56,053 nt of DNA from Candidatus Pyrohabitans sp. JdFR-17 (GTDB lineage Archaea; Hydrothermarchaeota; Hydrothermarchaeia; Hydrothermarchaeales; BMS3B). Positions 1 to 9,508 of the stretch are shown here, piece after piece. Within the stretch, counting starts at the first letter, position 1. Each line of letters starts with the position of its first letter. Position numbers and translations under genes: made by a program. Where the stretch lies: assembly GCA_002011115.2 (NCBI GenBank), contig MTME02000085.1, positions 1 to 56,053 on the forward strand, written 5' to 3'. Under the pieces are notes generated by a model. That model searched no databases. It was not told the DNA's origin and worked only from the letters and a program-made list of their open reading frames with translations.

Positions 1-30
1 GATGTAGCTCAACCGCTTTGCAAACCTCAT
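1..30 (-). CDS. 5' end of a gene running off the window (MRFAKRLSYI...)
   Basis: ATG at 30 on the minus strand, open to the window edge, divergent from 98..589; only 10 codons visible. Confidence 0.4.
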   Translation of the reverse strand, partial: MRFAKRLSYI

Positions 31-97
31 TTAAACCACTACGCTTACTCAGCATTGCGACAAAAAAATTTTATGGGCGGGGGTAGAGATTTACTCC

Positions 98-589
98 ATG
101 CTCGTGGGGATAATCTCCGACTCTCATGATAATCTCGAGGCAATAGAGGCGGCAGTAGAGCTGCTAAACCGCGAGGGCGTGGAGCATGTGCTTCACGCCG
201 GCGACATGGTGGCGCCCTTCGCAGCGGCGAAACTTGCGAAGCTGGAGGCAAAGCTGACATGCGTCTATGGGAACAACGACGGGGAGCGAGCGCTGCTCGC
301 GAAACGCCTCACTGAGATGGGGGCAAGCATAGCTGATTTTGCAGAACTCGAGCTGGCCAATCGCAAAATTGCAGTTTACCACGGTACCGTAGCTGCGATT
401 ACCTCTGCGTTAGTGGCAAGCGGGCGCTACGACTTGGTGGTTACAGGGCATACCCACAAAACAGAGGTTAGCCGTAGCAACGCTTGTGTTGCGGTTAATC
501 CTGGGGAACTCTGCGGCTACCTGACTGGGAAACGCACCCTGTGCATCTTAGATTTAAAAAGCCTCAAGGCAGAGGTAATAGAGGTGTAA
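98..589 (+). CDS. Metallophosphoesterase, YfcE/MJ0936 family
   Basis: SDSH, HAGD, GNND, HG, GHTH and NPG motifs of calcineurin-like phosphoesterases. Confidence 0.92.
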   Translation: MLVGIISDSHDNLEAIEAAVELLNREGVEHVLHAGDMVAPFAAAKLAKLEAKLTCVYGNNDGERALLAKRLTEMGASIADFAELELANRKIAVYHGTVAAITSALVASGRYDLVVTGHTHKTEVSRSNACVAVNPGELCGYLTGKRTLCILDLKSLKAEVIEV

Positions 590-593
590 CGCG

Positions 594-839
594 TTGCACG
601 GCAGAGTATTCCTGCGCAACCTGGCGGTGTTTGCAGGCGCCTTCCTGATTGCTCACGGACTGCGGCTTTTACCTTCGAACACGGCTCTAAGCAGCGGGCT
701 TCTCATCCTTGGGCTTGGGAGCTTTCTCGGCGGGCTTAGCTATGCCTCAGCCGAAGAAAACATGCTCAGCCAGGTGCTTGCCGCTTACATAGCTGCAATA
801 CTCCTGGCAGGGATTATTCTGTTTTTTCTCAGCCCATAA
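594..839 (+). CDS. Small membrane protein (about 3 TM), hypothetical
   Basis: Hydrophobic 81-aa ORF 4 bp after the upstream stop; TTG start preceded by GAGGTG. Confidence 0.6.
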   Translation: MHGRVFLRNLAVFAGAFLIAHGLRLLPSNTALSSGLLILGLGSFLGGLSYASAEENMLSQVLAAYIAAILLAGIILFFLSP

Positions 840-882
840 GTCGTTAAATTTATAATGCAAGGGCTCGTAAAAAGCTGAAGGG

Positions 883-1206
883 GTGGCTATGGCAGAAACA
901 CAGAGTTTTAACAGGGCGCTGCTCAGTCTGGTTTCCGCAGGTATCGGCATACTCCTGCTATACCAGGCTTACATTGAGCAGGATGAAATGTTCATAGTGA
1001 TATACTGGGGTTTGGGTCTCGTCGCAATGGGCGCAGGCTTGTACCTCCTCCTTTACAAGCCTCGAGAACCAAAAAAGACTGAGCCAATGCAGGAGGTGAG
1101 CCTGCCCCAGGAGTGCCCCTCCTGCGGTGCTCCCATAGCCAGCGCGGGCAAATTCTGCGGATCCTGCGGTGCTCCGCTTACTGTGCAGGAGGTGGCTGAA
1201 GAGTGA
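883..1206 (+). CDS. Two-TM membrane protein with C-terminal zinc ribbon
   Basis: Two hydrophobic helices followed by CPSCG...CGSCG; GTGA overlap with uppS. Confidence 0.8.
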   Translation: MAMAETQSFNRALLSLVSAGIGILLLYQAYIEQDEMFIVIYWGLGLVAMGAGLYLLLYKPREPKKTEPMQEVSLPQECPSCGAPIASAGKFCGSCGAPLTVQEVAEE

Positions 1207-1964
1207 TTCTTTACCCAGTATACAGGCTGTACGAATGGTTCCTTGAAAGGCAGGTCAAAGCCAAGCCCATTCCTCAGCACATAGCGGTGATAATGGACGG
1301 AAACCGTCGCTTAGCCCGCAAGCTGGGCTCGCCGCCCTGGGTAGGTCACCGCCTTGGAGCACAGAAGCTGGAGGAATTCCTTGAGTGGTGTGTGCAGCTT
1401 GGTATAAAGACTGTCACCACCTACGCCTTCTCCACAGAGAACTTCTCGAGGCCAAAGGAGGAGGTGGAAAAGCTCTTCGACATCTTTGAGGAGTACTTCT
1501 ACAAAGTCGCCGAGGACGAGCGCATCCACCGCAACCGGGTAAGGATTAAGGCAATAGGCAAGGTGGAGCGCTTCCCGGAACGCGTTCAGAAGGCGATAGC
1601 CTACGCCGAAGAGAAGACGAAGCACTACGACAACCTCATCCTCAATGTGGCCGTCGCATACGGCGGGCGGCAGGAGATAGTCGATGCTTTTAAGAAAATG
1701 GCGGAGAAGATAGAGAGAGGGGAGATGAGCAGCGATGAGATAAGCGAAGCCACAATCGCCCAGCACCTTTACACCAATGGCACCCCCGACCCAGACTTAA
1801 TAATAAGAACCTCTGGCGAAGAGCGCATCTCTGGCTTCCTGCTGTGGCAGAGTGCCTATGCCGAACTCTACTTCTGCGAAACCTACTGGCCGGGTTTTCG
1901 GAAAATAGACTTCCTGCGCGCCCTGCGCACCTACCAGCAGAGACAGCGCAGGTTTGGCAGGTAG
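1203..1964 (+). CDS. uppS: cis-prenyltransferase (undecaprenyl/polyprenyl diphosphate synthase)
   Basis: PQHIAVIMDGNRR, YAFSTENF, YGGRQEI, PDLIIRTSGE.R.SGFLLWQ and RRFG motifs. Confidence 0.97.
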   Translation: MILYPVYRLYEWFLERQVKAKPIPQHIAVIMDGNRRLARKLGSPPWVGHRLGAQKLEEFLEWCVQLGIKTVTTYAFSTENFSRPKEEVEKLFDIFEEYFYKVAEDERIHRNRVRIKAIGKVERFPERVQKAIAYAEEKTKHYDNLILNVAVAYGGRQEIVDAFKKMAEKIERGEMSSDEISEATIAQHLYTNGTPDPDLIIRTSGEERISGFLLWQSAYAELYFCETYWPGFRKIDFLRALRTYQQRQRRFGR

Positions 1965-2372
1965 CTATCCTTTCAGATTGCGGTGAGCAAGGGAGCAGAC
2001 AGAGGCTATAACCTCAAAATGCCTGTCTCCGAAGTGCCAAAGCTCACAACCGTTTTGCTTAGCTGCTGCTGCGATAAGGAGGTCGACAGTGGGTACACGC
2101 TTTCCAGAGCGGGCAAGTTTCCATGCAAGTTTTGCCGCCATCACTGTCACTTCTTCGTCCAGTGGAAGCCAGGACAATGCGAAAAGGTCCTGCTTAAGCG
2201 TTTCATAATCGCGCCTCGTCTTTGCTCCACTGAGGAGTTCGACAATCACAGGAGCTACAACGGTAACTTCATGCAGTTCCAGCGCTTGAATAATCGCCTT
2301 TTTTACCTTTTCTGAGCCCATTGGATGATAAAATTCTATCCAGGCAGAGGTATCTATCAGCACCCTTAGCAC
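1965..2372 (-). CDS. vapC: PIN-domain toxin, type II TA
   Basis: VLIDTSAWI, ELLSG, DLLIAA and D.HF PIN motifs; start overlaps the antitoxin stop. Confidence 0.92.
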   Translation of the reverse strand: MLRVLIDTSAWIEFYHPMGSEKVKKAIIQALELHEVTVVAPVIVELLSGAKTRRDYETLKQDLFALSWLPLDEEVTVMAAKLAWKLARSGKRVPTVDLLIAAAAKQNGCELWHFGDRHFEVIASVCSLAHRNLKG

Positions 2373-2578
2373 TAGCGCTCCTCCCGAAGACGGCGTAGCT
2401 CCTCTTGGCTTAGTGCCAGCTCCACCTTGCCAGCGTGTGTGGCGATCTTTCTAAGACGCATGCGGCGCACAAACTCGCGAAGTGCAATTTCTATCGCCTC
2501 TTTTTTCGTCTTCGCTCCACTGAGCTCTCGTGCCTCTTTCAAAAGCTGCTCATCAATTACTAACGTGGTACGTGCCAT
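2372..2578 (-). CDS. vapB: VapB-family antitoxin
   Basis: MARTTLVIDEQLL...TKKEAIEIALREFVRR pattern, directly upstream of the PIN toxin. Confidence 0.9.
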   Translation of the reverse strand: MARTTLVIDEQLLKEARELSGAKTKKEAIEIALREFVRRMRLRKIATHAGKVELALSQEELRRLREER

Positions 2579-2594
2579 CTGAATGCACCATACT

Positions 2595-2606
2595 TATATG
2601 CATATA
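2595..2606. promoter_or_regulatory. Palindrome TATATGCATATA upstream of vapB (candidate operator overlapping the TATA region)
   Basis: Perfect 12-bp palindrome 17-28 bp upstream of the vapB ATG; type II TA operons typically autoregulate. Confidence 0.45.
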
Positions 2607-2652
2607 TTCTACATATAGAGCATACATTAACATTGTAAAACGGTGCGCATAA

Positions 2653-3750
2653 TCATTCCCTGGAAATCTCCACCAGCAGCTCTGTGGAGATGAAGGGCAC
2701 CGGCATGAAGGTGAGGATGAGGAGCAGAAGCATCAGCACGCCGAGGAGCTTTCTCTTGGTGTCTAAGGGGGAGACGTCGTTGAGAGGACCTGGATGCTCC
2801 AGCCTGGTTATTATGTACGCCACCACCGCCCAGAATAGCCAACCCGGCCACACCACAAAGGATAAAAGGAGCATCACAAAAACGCCTCGGTAAACGGCAC
2901 GGTATCGCCTGGGAAACAGGGCGCGAACTACGTGCCCGCCATCGAGTTGCCCCATCGGAAGGAGGTTGAGGGAGGTGACGAATAAGCCTATCCAGCCCGC
3001 CATCGCAAGTGGGTGAGCATCAAGGCTCGCCTCGCCGATGTCGCCGAGCACCAGCTTTGCTATTGCCTGCATTGCTAGGGGCATGAAGAAGGTTATCTCG
3101 TCCTTTGCCTCTTCTATAGGCACAGGTGTGGAATGCATTAAACCGTAGGCTATGAAGGGCAGCGCGAGGATAAAGCCCATTGCAGGTCCTGCGATGCCCA
3201 CCTCCATTAGCGCTTTTCTGTCCGGAATGGGAGAGCGCATTGTTATTACAGCCCCCATGGTACCGAAGGGGAATATGTTTGGCGGCACGGGGATGAAGAA
3301 CGGCAGAGTCGCCGCGACATTGCGACGCCTCGCCGCAAGGTAATGCCCCAGCTCATGCCCACCGAGGATAAGCATAAGCGAGGCTGCGAAGAGCACACTC
3401 AGGTAGATATCACCATCTGTCCACCAGATGTACCCAGCGAGGGTGACAGTTACTAGCGTGGTGAGGAATAGAAGGACATGAGCCCACTCAGGAGGAGAGA
3501 AGCCCCTTTTATTTCTCTTAACCACTGTGATAAAGTACCTACCATTCTTTTCCCTGTAGAGGGGATAGTAGCCTGAGCCTTCGAAGCCCTGTAGCACAAG
3601 CTCAAAGCTGCGCTCATGCCCAAAGAGTGGCTCCACTTCATAGCTTAAAAGCTTGCCAAAGTAGCGAGCTTTTATAATAAACCCTCTTGCAATGAGTTCC
3701 TCAAAGTTATACGCAGCTAAGCTGCGGGTGACGGAGTCAAGGTCGTTCAA
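2653..3750 (-). CDS. Site-2 protease (peptidase M50)
   Basis: HELGH, GIAGP and NLLP.GQLDGGH motifs; multiple TM helices. Confidence 0.95.
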   Translation of the reverse strand: MNDLDSVTRSLAAYNFEELIARGFIIKARYFGKLLSYEVEPLFGHERSFELVLQGFEGSGYYPLYREKNGRYFITVVKRNKRGFSPPEWAHVLLFLTTLVTVTLAGYIWWTDGDIYLSVLFAASLMLILGGHELGHYLAARRRNVAATLPFFIPVPPNIFPFGTMGAVITMRSPIPDRKALMEVGIAGPAMGFILALPFIAYGLMHSTPVPIEEAKDEITFFMPLAMQAIAKLVLGDIGEASLDAHPLAMAGWIGLFVTSLNLLPMGQLDGGHVVRALFPRRYRAVYRGVFVMLLLSFVVWPGWLFWAVVAYIITRLEHPGPLNDVSPLDTKRKLLGVLMLLLLILTFMPVPFISTELLVEISRE

Positions 3751-4145
3751 TCTTCCACCTCTACGTAGCCCTCATCGGCGTTTACCCTTAGCTTTGCGCC
3801 CTGAGGTATTCTCAGCACATCTTCGCTGGGAGAATCCACCAGAGGTAAGTCTGAGATTATCGCTCCAGTGGCGAGCATTTCATCCGCCTTAACAGCGATT
3901 ATGGCGAGAGGTGCGGTGCCAAGCTTCTTCATCTGGTATATCACGTAGCTCCCAACCGTCGAGCCCTTGGTGTGGGGAAGCACCAGAATTTTACCGGCTA
4001 TGCTTCTGCCTTCAAGCTCATGCCCGCGCTCCACCACCACGCCTCGCTTCGCGTCGACTCCGCCCAAGAAAGTGATGGGCTCTCGCGTAACCACCGCCTC
4101 GCCTTCTGCATAGCCTCCTGAAATTTTCCTTGCCCTTATCCTCAC
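3747..4145 (-). CDS. DUF126/AcnX swiveling-domain protein (likely mevalonate-5-phosphate dehydratase small subunit)
   Basis: ITFLGGVD...G.SIAGKILV.P..KGSTVGSY motif; GTG at 4145 overlaps the upstream TGA. Confidence 0.85.
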   Translation of the reverse strand: MRIRARKISGGYAEGEAVVTREPITFLGGVDAKRGVVVERGHELEGRSIAGKILVLPHTKGSTVGSYVIYQMKKLGTAPLAIIAVKADEMLATGAIISDLPLVDSPSEDVLRIPQGAKLRVNADEGYVEVED

Positions 4146-5146
4146 CTCTCGAATACCTCCAGGTTGAGTTCCTCCTTCCACCTTTGCTTGCAGGTACAGG
4201 TTAGCTCCTCAATGTAGCGAAGCTCCTGCGTAGAAGAGAACCTGCGTATAGCGGCGAGCACGCGGGAGTCGCACTTCCCGCAGTTGTGAGCGCCCCGCTT
4301 TGTGCCCGCTCCGGAAGGAGAGCACACCACGGGTATGCTCACACGCTCCTTCACGCGCTTTATAACCTCTACAACGCTCCAAAGCCACGGCGGGCGGTAC
4401 TCCCGCTTATAAAAAAGTTCCTCCACGAGGGTGCCCCGCTGAACATTGACCGGGTTAAAGCTAAGCCGCTCCACGCCCATGCGGGAAGCTTCAATGCCGC
4501 TTCTAACCGCATCCTCAATCGCCTCAGCCTCTGTTATGAAGGGCGGCTTTATGAGCAGGTAGGCTTTAACCTTAGCCCCCGTACTCTTGCAGGCGTTAAG
4601 GGCGCGGGTGAACTCTGCGAGGGTGAAGCCCTTGTTTATGCACACCTCGCGTATGTAGTCGTTTGTGGTTTCAAGGCCAATGCCCACCTCAAGCTCCGGC
4701 TCCAGCACGGATATAGCCTCTTCAAGCACCTCTCTAGTAATGTACTCAGGGCGGGTCTCCACCTGCAGACGCTTTACCCCGAGAGAATTGACAAGGCGAT
4801 AAATCTCCTGCCTCGTTTCCCGCGCAATTTCGCCAGAGTCGAAAAAGCTGCCCGAGTTGAACACCTTGAGGTAGGCTACGTCGCCAATCTTTGCTACGCC
4901 CTCTTTAAACTGCTGCAGCACCTCTGCCTGGGAGACACTTCGCGATGAATCGTAGATATAGCCGCACATAGTACAGCCTGCGCGAAGCGCCCAGGCGCAG
5001 CCCCGCGTGGAGAGCACAATAACGCCGGCATTTACCTCTTCGCCGTGGAGAAAATCCTTCTCACGCCACGCTGCAAAGCTCCCATGCGCACGAAGCTCTT
5101 CGAGAGCGCGCCTCCTGATTTTTCTAACCACACCCTCAAGCTGCAT
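4142..5146 (-). CDS. Archaeosine-synthesis radical SAM protein (RaSEA-like)
   Basis: STRGC-x7-CTMCG, NSGSFFD, ETRPEY, GLET, KAYLLIKPPF, YRPPWLWS, RGAHNCG.C; start uncertain (ORF extends to 5212). Confidence 0.88.
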   Translation of the reverse strand: MQLEGVVRKIRRRALEELRAHGSFAAWREKDFLHGEEVNAGVIVLSTRGCAWALRAGCTMCGYIYDSSRSVSQAEVLQQFKEGVAKIGDVAYLKVFNSGSFFDSGEIARETRQEIYRLVNSLGVKRLQVETRPEYITREVLEEAISVLEPELEVGIGLETTNDYIREVCINKGFTLAEFTRALNACKSTGAKVKAYLLIKPPFITEAEAIEDAVRSGIEASRMGVERLSFNPVNVQRGTLVEELFYKREYRPPWLWSVVEVIKRVKERVSIPVVCSPSGAGTKRGAHNCGKCDSRVLAAIRRFSSTQELRYIEELTCTCKQRWKEELNLEVFER

Positions 5147-5171
5147 CACAACATCGCTAGGAGCTAACGTT

Positions 5172-6533
5172 TCAATCCCTTTTCGTTTTCGCTTCCTCGA
5201 ATTCCTTTTCAACCAGGCGGAGAAGCTCCTGCAGACGCTCCTCGCTTTTCGCCTCGATGCTCGCCCTTATTAGTGGAGAGGTGTTACTCGGCCTGAGCAG
5301 CGCCCAGCCATCGTCGAAGATTATGCGCGCGCCGTCGGTTAAATCCAGGGTGTAGCCCTTCTCCTTAAGGCTCTGGATAATACTCTCCATCACCTGAAAC
5401 TTTATCCTGTCGTCGCATGCAAAGTTTTTGTGGAGCTTGGGGTAGCTTGGTATCTCGTCCACAAGTGTAGAAAGCTTCTCTCCCTGCTGCGAGAGAATCG
5501 ATGCCAGCTTCAGGCTTACCAAGATGGGGTCGTCGAAGGGGTAGAAGTCGGGATAGAAGTAGTGGGCCGAGGTTTCCATAGCAAAGATTGCGGAGTGCTG
5601 CTTTATTGCCTCGCACACGAAGACGTCGCCCACACGCACGCGTTTTACTTCTCCGCCATGCTTTGAAATCTCCTCCTCCACTATGCTGGAGCACTCAACG
5701 TTGGCAATGACCGTGCCTTTACCCTTCTCCCGCAGTATTTCCCTGGCTATTATTATGCCCACCTTCTCAGTCTGCACCACCCTCCCTAAATCGTCCACAA
5801 AGACGACACGGTCGGCATCGCCGTCGTAACCCGCGCCGAAGGCTGCGCCAATACCGGCGACAGTTTTAGCCAGGTCGACTAAGCTCTCGGCGTTTGGCTC
5901 GCTCTTACGCCCAGGGAAAGTGCCATCCGGCTGAGCGTTGAGCGTTGTAACCTTTGCCCCTGCCTTTCGAAATACGTAGGGTGCCACCACGCTGGCGGCG
6001 CCGTTACCCACGTCGAGAACCACCTTGAGCTCGCGCTCCAGGCTTAGTCTAGAAAGTAAGTAGTCTTCATACTCCCGAAGCACCTGCCTCGGGTTCAGCT
6101 CCACTATTTCGCCAACATCGCTCCACTTCGCCAGCTTGAACTCCCCGCCAAAGAAAATCTCCTTTACCTCAGCGTTCTCCTTAGTGTAGCCGGTGCCGTC
6201 GGCGCGGCGAAAGCGCACGCCATTGTACTCCGGCGGGTTGTGCGAAGCCGTAACGTAGGCGCCGGCGTCATAATCGTGCCTCGCAGTGGCGAAGTTCGCC
6301 ACAGGTATGGGTATCATTCCCGCGAGGTAAACATCAATGCCTGTAGAGGCTAAGCCAGAGCAAAAGGCGCGCTCAAATATCTCGCTGGTAATGCGCGGGT
6401 CTCTTGCAACCAGCACTCTGCCTTCGCCACCCAGGTATGTGCCATACGCCATGCCTATCCTCGCGGCTACGTCTGCTTTGACTTCCACGTTAAAAACTCC
6501 ACGAACATCGTAAGCGCGAAAGATGTACTCCAT
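5172..6533 (-). CDS. Phosphoglucomutase/phosphomannomutase family
   Basis: IFRAYDVRG, TASHNP (phospho-Ser), DGDADR and RPSNT motifs. Confidence 0.95.
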   Translation of the reverse strand: MEYIFRAYDVRGVFNVEVKADVAARIGMAYGTYLGGEGRVLVARDPRITSEIFERAFCSGLASTGIDVYLAGMIPIPVANFATARHDYDAGAYVTASHNPPEYNGVRFRRADGTGYTKENAEVKEIFFGGEFKLAKWSDVGEIVELNPRQVLREYEDYLLSRLSLERELKVVLDVGNGAASVVAPYVFRKAGAKVTTLNAQPDGTFPGRKSEPNAESLVDLAKTVAGIGAAFGAGYDGDADRVVFVDDLGRVVQTEKVGIIIAREILREKGKGTVIANVECSSIVEEEISKHGGEVKRVRVGDVFVCEAIKQHSAIFAMETSAHYFYPDFYPFDDPILVSLKLASILSQQGEKLSTLVDEIPSYPKLHKNFACDDRIKFQVMESIIQSLKEKGYTLDLTDGARIIFDDGWALLRPSNTSPLIRASIEAKSEERLQELLRLVEKEFEEAKTKRD

Positions 6534-6589
6534 GCGACCACCTAGCCTGAGTATGTCCACTGCTATATTTTACTTTTGTCCACCGCCTC

Positions 6590-7018
6590 ATAAATGGTCT
6601 CAGGTATTTAGCGATTCTGCTTATCCTGTTCTCTGCTGGCAGTGTCAAGGAGATCAAGGGAAACTTCGAAAGAGCCTGCTTTTAGCCCTGAAGTTGTCTT
6701 ATTTGAGTACAGCCGGAGCATAGATGCCGGAGACTACGAGAGAGCCTTTAATCTCACCGTTGTTGAGGCAGGAGCAGCTTCAGAGCGATGGATGAGCATG
6801 AGAGACTAGCCAAAAAGCTGAGCCTGACTGAAACCTACGGGGAAAAAGGGGAAAAGTTTGAAATCCTGGAGCTTGAGGTTATAAAGAAAGAGGAGCTTGA
6901 GGACAGGGTGAGGCTTCGCTACAGAATGAAGTTCTCACTGAATGGTAAGCAGGATGAGATAAGGGAATACATAGACCTGGTTCTGATTAATGGCACCTGG
7001 AAGGTGGTCTTCCCCTAG
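6590..7018 (+). pseudogene. Frameshifted exported protein with an NTF2-like fold
   Basis: Three segments in alternating frames: signal-like LRYLAILLILFSAGS, then SPEVVLFEYSRSIDAGDYERAFNL, then the 6788..7018 ORF ending LVLINGTWKVVFP. Confidence 0.55.
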
Positions 7019-8397
7019 GCTATGCCTTCCTTCGCCATTATCCCCCTGGCGGCGAGTATTCCTGTTGCTGAGGCAATTATTATCCCGCGAGAAACGCCAA
7101 CACCGTCGCCAGCGACGAAGAGGTTGGGTATGCTGGTTTCCATGGTCTTGTCCACCTCCACGCGCATGGCATAGTACTTAATCTCAGGCGCATAAAGCAG
7201 TGTTGAGTCGCTGGCAACGCCTGGAATCACTTTATCCAGACGCTCTAACCCCTCGAGAATGTTCGTAACGATACGGTGGGGCATGACCATTGCTATGTCT
7301 CCAGGCGTAACCGCCCGGAGAGTGGGCCTGACCAGACCTGAGTTAATGCGCTTCCAGGTGGAGCGCCTCCCTCTGCGCAGGTCGCCGAGGCGCTGAATCA
7401 GGGGGTTACCACCACCCAGCGTCGTCGCAGTCTTTGCTATGCTCTCCCCATACTCGGTGGAGTTCTCCACGGGCTCAGTAAGCTCTATTCGCGTTAGAAA
7501 TGCAAAGTTGGTATTGTTGCTCTGCTTGTCCCTCAGTGAGTGACCGTTAACTCCTACGTAGCCCTTGTAGCTCTCCTTTACCATGAAGCCACGATGATTA
7601 ACGCAGAAAGTGCGAACGAAATCGTCGTAGGTTTTGGTTATAATATGGAACTTGGGGTCGCGGTTTATCCTGCACACAGGCTCCATTATAACCGCTGGCA
7701 CCTCAACGCGCACGCCAACGTCAATTGGACCGTGGCGTATCTTTATCCCAAGCTTCTGCGATTGCTTCACCATCCATGGTGCGCCACTCCGCCCGGGGGC
7801 GGCGATTACATACTTGGCCTTAATCCTTTTTCCACTGGAAAGGACAAGCTCAAGCTCAGGGGTTATCTCCTCAACCTGAGTTTCAAGGAGGAACTCCACA
7901 CCCTTGCTGCGAAGGTGCTGAGCTATGCTCTTTATAACCTCCGGAGTGTGGTCGCTGCCTATGTGGCGCTGAGGTATCTGAACAAACTCTATGCCAGCGC
8001 TCGCCGCCTTGCGCGAAAGCTCTTCCTCCTCTTCGCTGGTAGCCTCATAAAGTTTCGTTGGCGTGCCGTGCTTCACATATATGCTATCCACGTAGCGCAC
8101 GAGCTCCCAGGCTTCGTTTTCTGACATGAACTCGTAAAGGTTGCCGCCAATGTCTGGGCGGAGGTTTAGCGTACCATCGCTCAGCCCGCCTGCCCCACCC
8201 ACGCCACTCATCACATTGCACGGCTTGCAATTTACACATACACCAGTCTTCTCCATTGGGCAGGTACGCTTATCAACGTCCTTGCCCATGTCTATAACCA
8301 CTACCTTAAGACTGCTCTTCTCCGCAAGCTCGTAAGCCGCGAACAAGCCTGCGGGACCTGCGCCGATTATTGCGACGTCGTATTTCAACCTTACCAC
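7015..8397 (-). CDS. FAD/NAD(P)-dependent oxidoreductase
   Basis: IIGAGPAG Rossmann motif, Cys cluster, GGAGGLSDG, GVRVE, YAPEIKYY, AGDG. Confidence 0.9.
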   Translation of the reverse strand: MVRLKYDVAIIGAGPAGLFAAYELAEKSSLKVVVIDMGKDVDKRTCPMEKTGVCVNCKPCNVMSGVGGAGGLSDGTLNLRPDIGGNLYEFMSENEAWELVRYVDSIYVKHGTPTKLYEATSEEEEELSRKAASAGIEFVQIPQRHIGSDHTPEVIKSIAQHLRSKGVEFLLETQVEEITPELELVLSSGKRIKAKYVIAAPGRSGAPWMVKQSQKLGIKIRHGPIDVGVRVEVPAVIMEPVCRINRDPKFHIITKTYDDFVRTFCVNHRGFMVKESYKGYVGVNGHSLRDKQSNNTNFAFLTRIELTEPVENSTEYGESIAKTATTLGGGNPLIQRLGDLRRGRRSTWKRINSGLVRPTLRAVTPGDIAMVMPHRIVTNILEGLERLDKVIPGVASDSTLLYAPEIKYYAMRVEVDKTMETSIPNLFVAGDGVGVSRGIIIASATGILAARGIMAKEGIA

Positions 8398-8475
8398 CGA
8401 ACCACCGACAATATGGACGAATTCCTATTTTAATGTTACGCTTCCTAGTTATTATTGAAAGAGAGTGGTGTATGT

Positions 8476-8652
8476 ATGGCAGGTTCAATCTCATGGGCAA
8501 TATACATAATTACCGCCGCATTGCTCATGTTGAATGTTTATCACTACATGAAGGTCAAATCCCTTGAAAAAGAAATATTCACATTACGAAGAGAAAGTGA
8601 GAATATAAAGAAGCAGGTGTTTAAGCTGAAAGGCGACGTCAACTCTTCATGA
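8476..8652 (+). CDS. Small single-TM coiled-coil protein
   Basis: Hydrophobic N-terminus followed by a heptad-like charged tail; fills the gap between flanking genes. Confidence 0.5.
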   Translation: MAGSISWAIYIITAALLMLNVYHYMKVKSLEKEIFTLRRESENIKKQVFKLKGDVNSS

Positions 8653-9139
8653 GGAGTTTTCCTATCTGCTTTTTCACCTCGGCTATGTCGCGGCTGAAGC
8701 CGAAGTAATCTGAGAATTTCTCAGTTGTGGTTAGCATCTTCGTTCTCCCCGCAGGAGCGGCGGCGACAAAACCCTTGGCAATGAGTTCCTTGATATGGGC
8801 GTAGGCAGAACTACCTCTAGCTTTGACCACCTCCGCCTGGGTGATGGGCTGGCGGAGCGCTATCAGTGAGAGCGTCTTTAGCACGTCCTGAGCAACCGCT
8901 GGCTTCACCAGCTCAATGAGCATGCCAGAAAGCGCATCCTTTGCCTGCATGAGGTAGTGGTCCTCGCCAATGCTGCGAATCTCAATGGCGCTATCGCGGG
9001 AGGCATAGTCCCTGCGAAGCTCCTCCACGAGGGCACGAACCTCATCGCGGGTTTTTCCAGAAATCTCTGCGAGCTTATCTATTGACACAGGCTCTGAAGA
9101 AACAAAAAGCGCTGCCTCAATAACCTGCTTTGCTTGCAT
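8639..9139 (-). CDS. scpB: SMC-Scp complex subunit ScpB
   Basis: IEAALFVS.EPVS, TLSLIA..QPIT..EV...RG and TT.KF.DYFG motifs. Confidence 0.93.
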   Translation of the reverse strand: MQAKQVIEAALFVSSEPVSIDKLAEISGKTRDEVRALVEELRRDYASRDSAIEIRSIGEDHYLMQAKDALSGMLIELVKPAVAQDVLKTLSLIALRQPITQAEVVKARGSSAYAHIKELIAKGFVAAAPAGRTKMLTTTEKFSDYFGFSRDIAEVKKQIGKLLMKS

Positions 9140-9144
9140 CCCAG

Positions 9145-9450
9145 CTACTTCACCTCAATAAGATCCTCGGAGTAGCCGTGTTTTATAAGGAACTCCTTAA
9201 CCCGCTGGCGGTGGTCGCCTTGAAGCTCAATCCTCCCGTCCTTGACAGTGCCCCCACAGGCGAGTTCACCCTTGAGCTTCTTTGCCAGGTCTGTGATGTT
9301 AATCGACTTCTCGCTTATACCCTCTACCACTGTCATCGATTTACCAAACTTACGCTTAGCTAGGGATATGGTGATTTTCTGTGTCTCCCTTGCAATCTCT
9401 TCACAGATGCACAAGTCCTCTGGTAAACCACAAACAGAGCAGATCTCCAT
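9145..9450 (-). CDS. Translation initiation factor SUI1 / aIF-1
   Basis: C..CGLP.DLC.C N-terminus; [16 protein letters not shown]. Confidence 0.96.
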   Translation of the reverse strand: MEICSVCGLPEDLCICEEIARETQKITISLAKRKFGKSMTVVEGISEKSINITDLAKKLKGELACGGTVKDGRIELQGDHRQRVKEFLIKHGYSEDLIEVK

Positions 9451-9508
9451 TCCTTATCGATCCCGTCCTTTCGGTTTTTTTGGGCATCATATTTTTAGGC
9501 GAAGGGGT

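Noticed and set aside
1965-2578. vapBC as a marker of an integrated element
   Set aside because: No integrase or att-like repeats; solitary TA pairs are common in thermophilic archaea
4286-4948. Long antisense ORFs (also 7540..8124, 13711..14412, 26932..27726, 37748..38425, 40556..41224)
   Set aside because: Shadows of well-supported genes on the opposite strand, with no recognisable motifs
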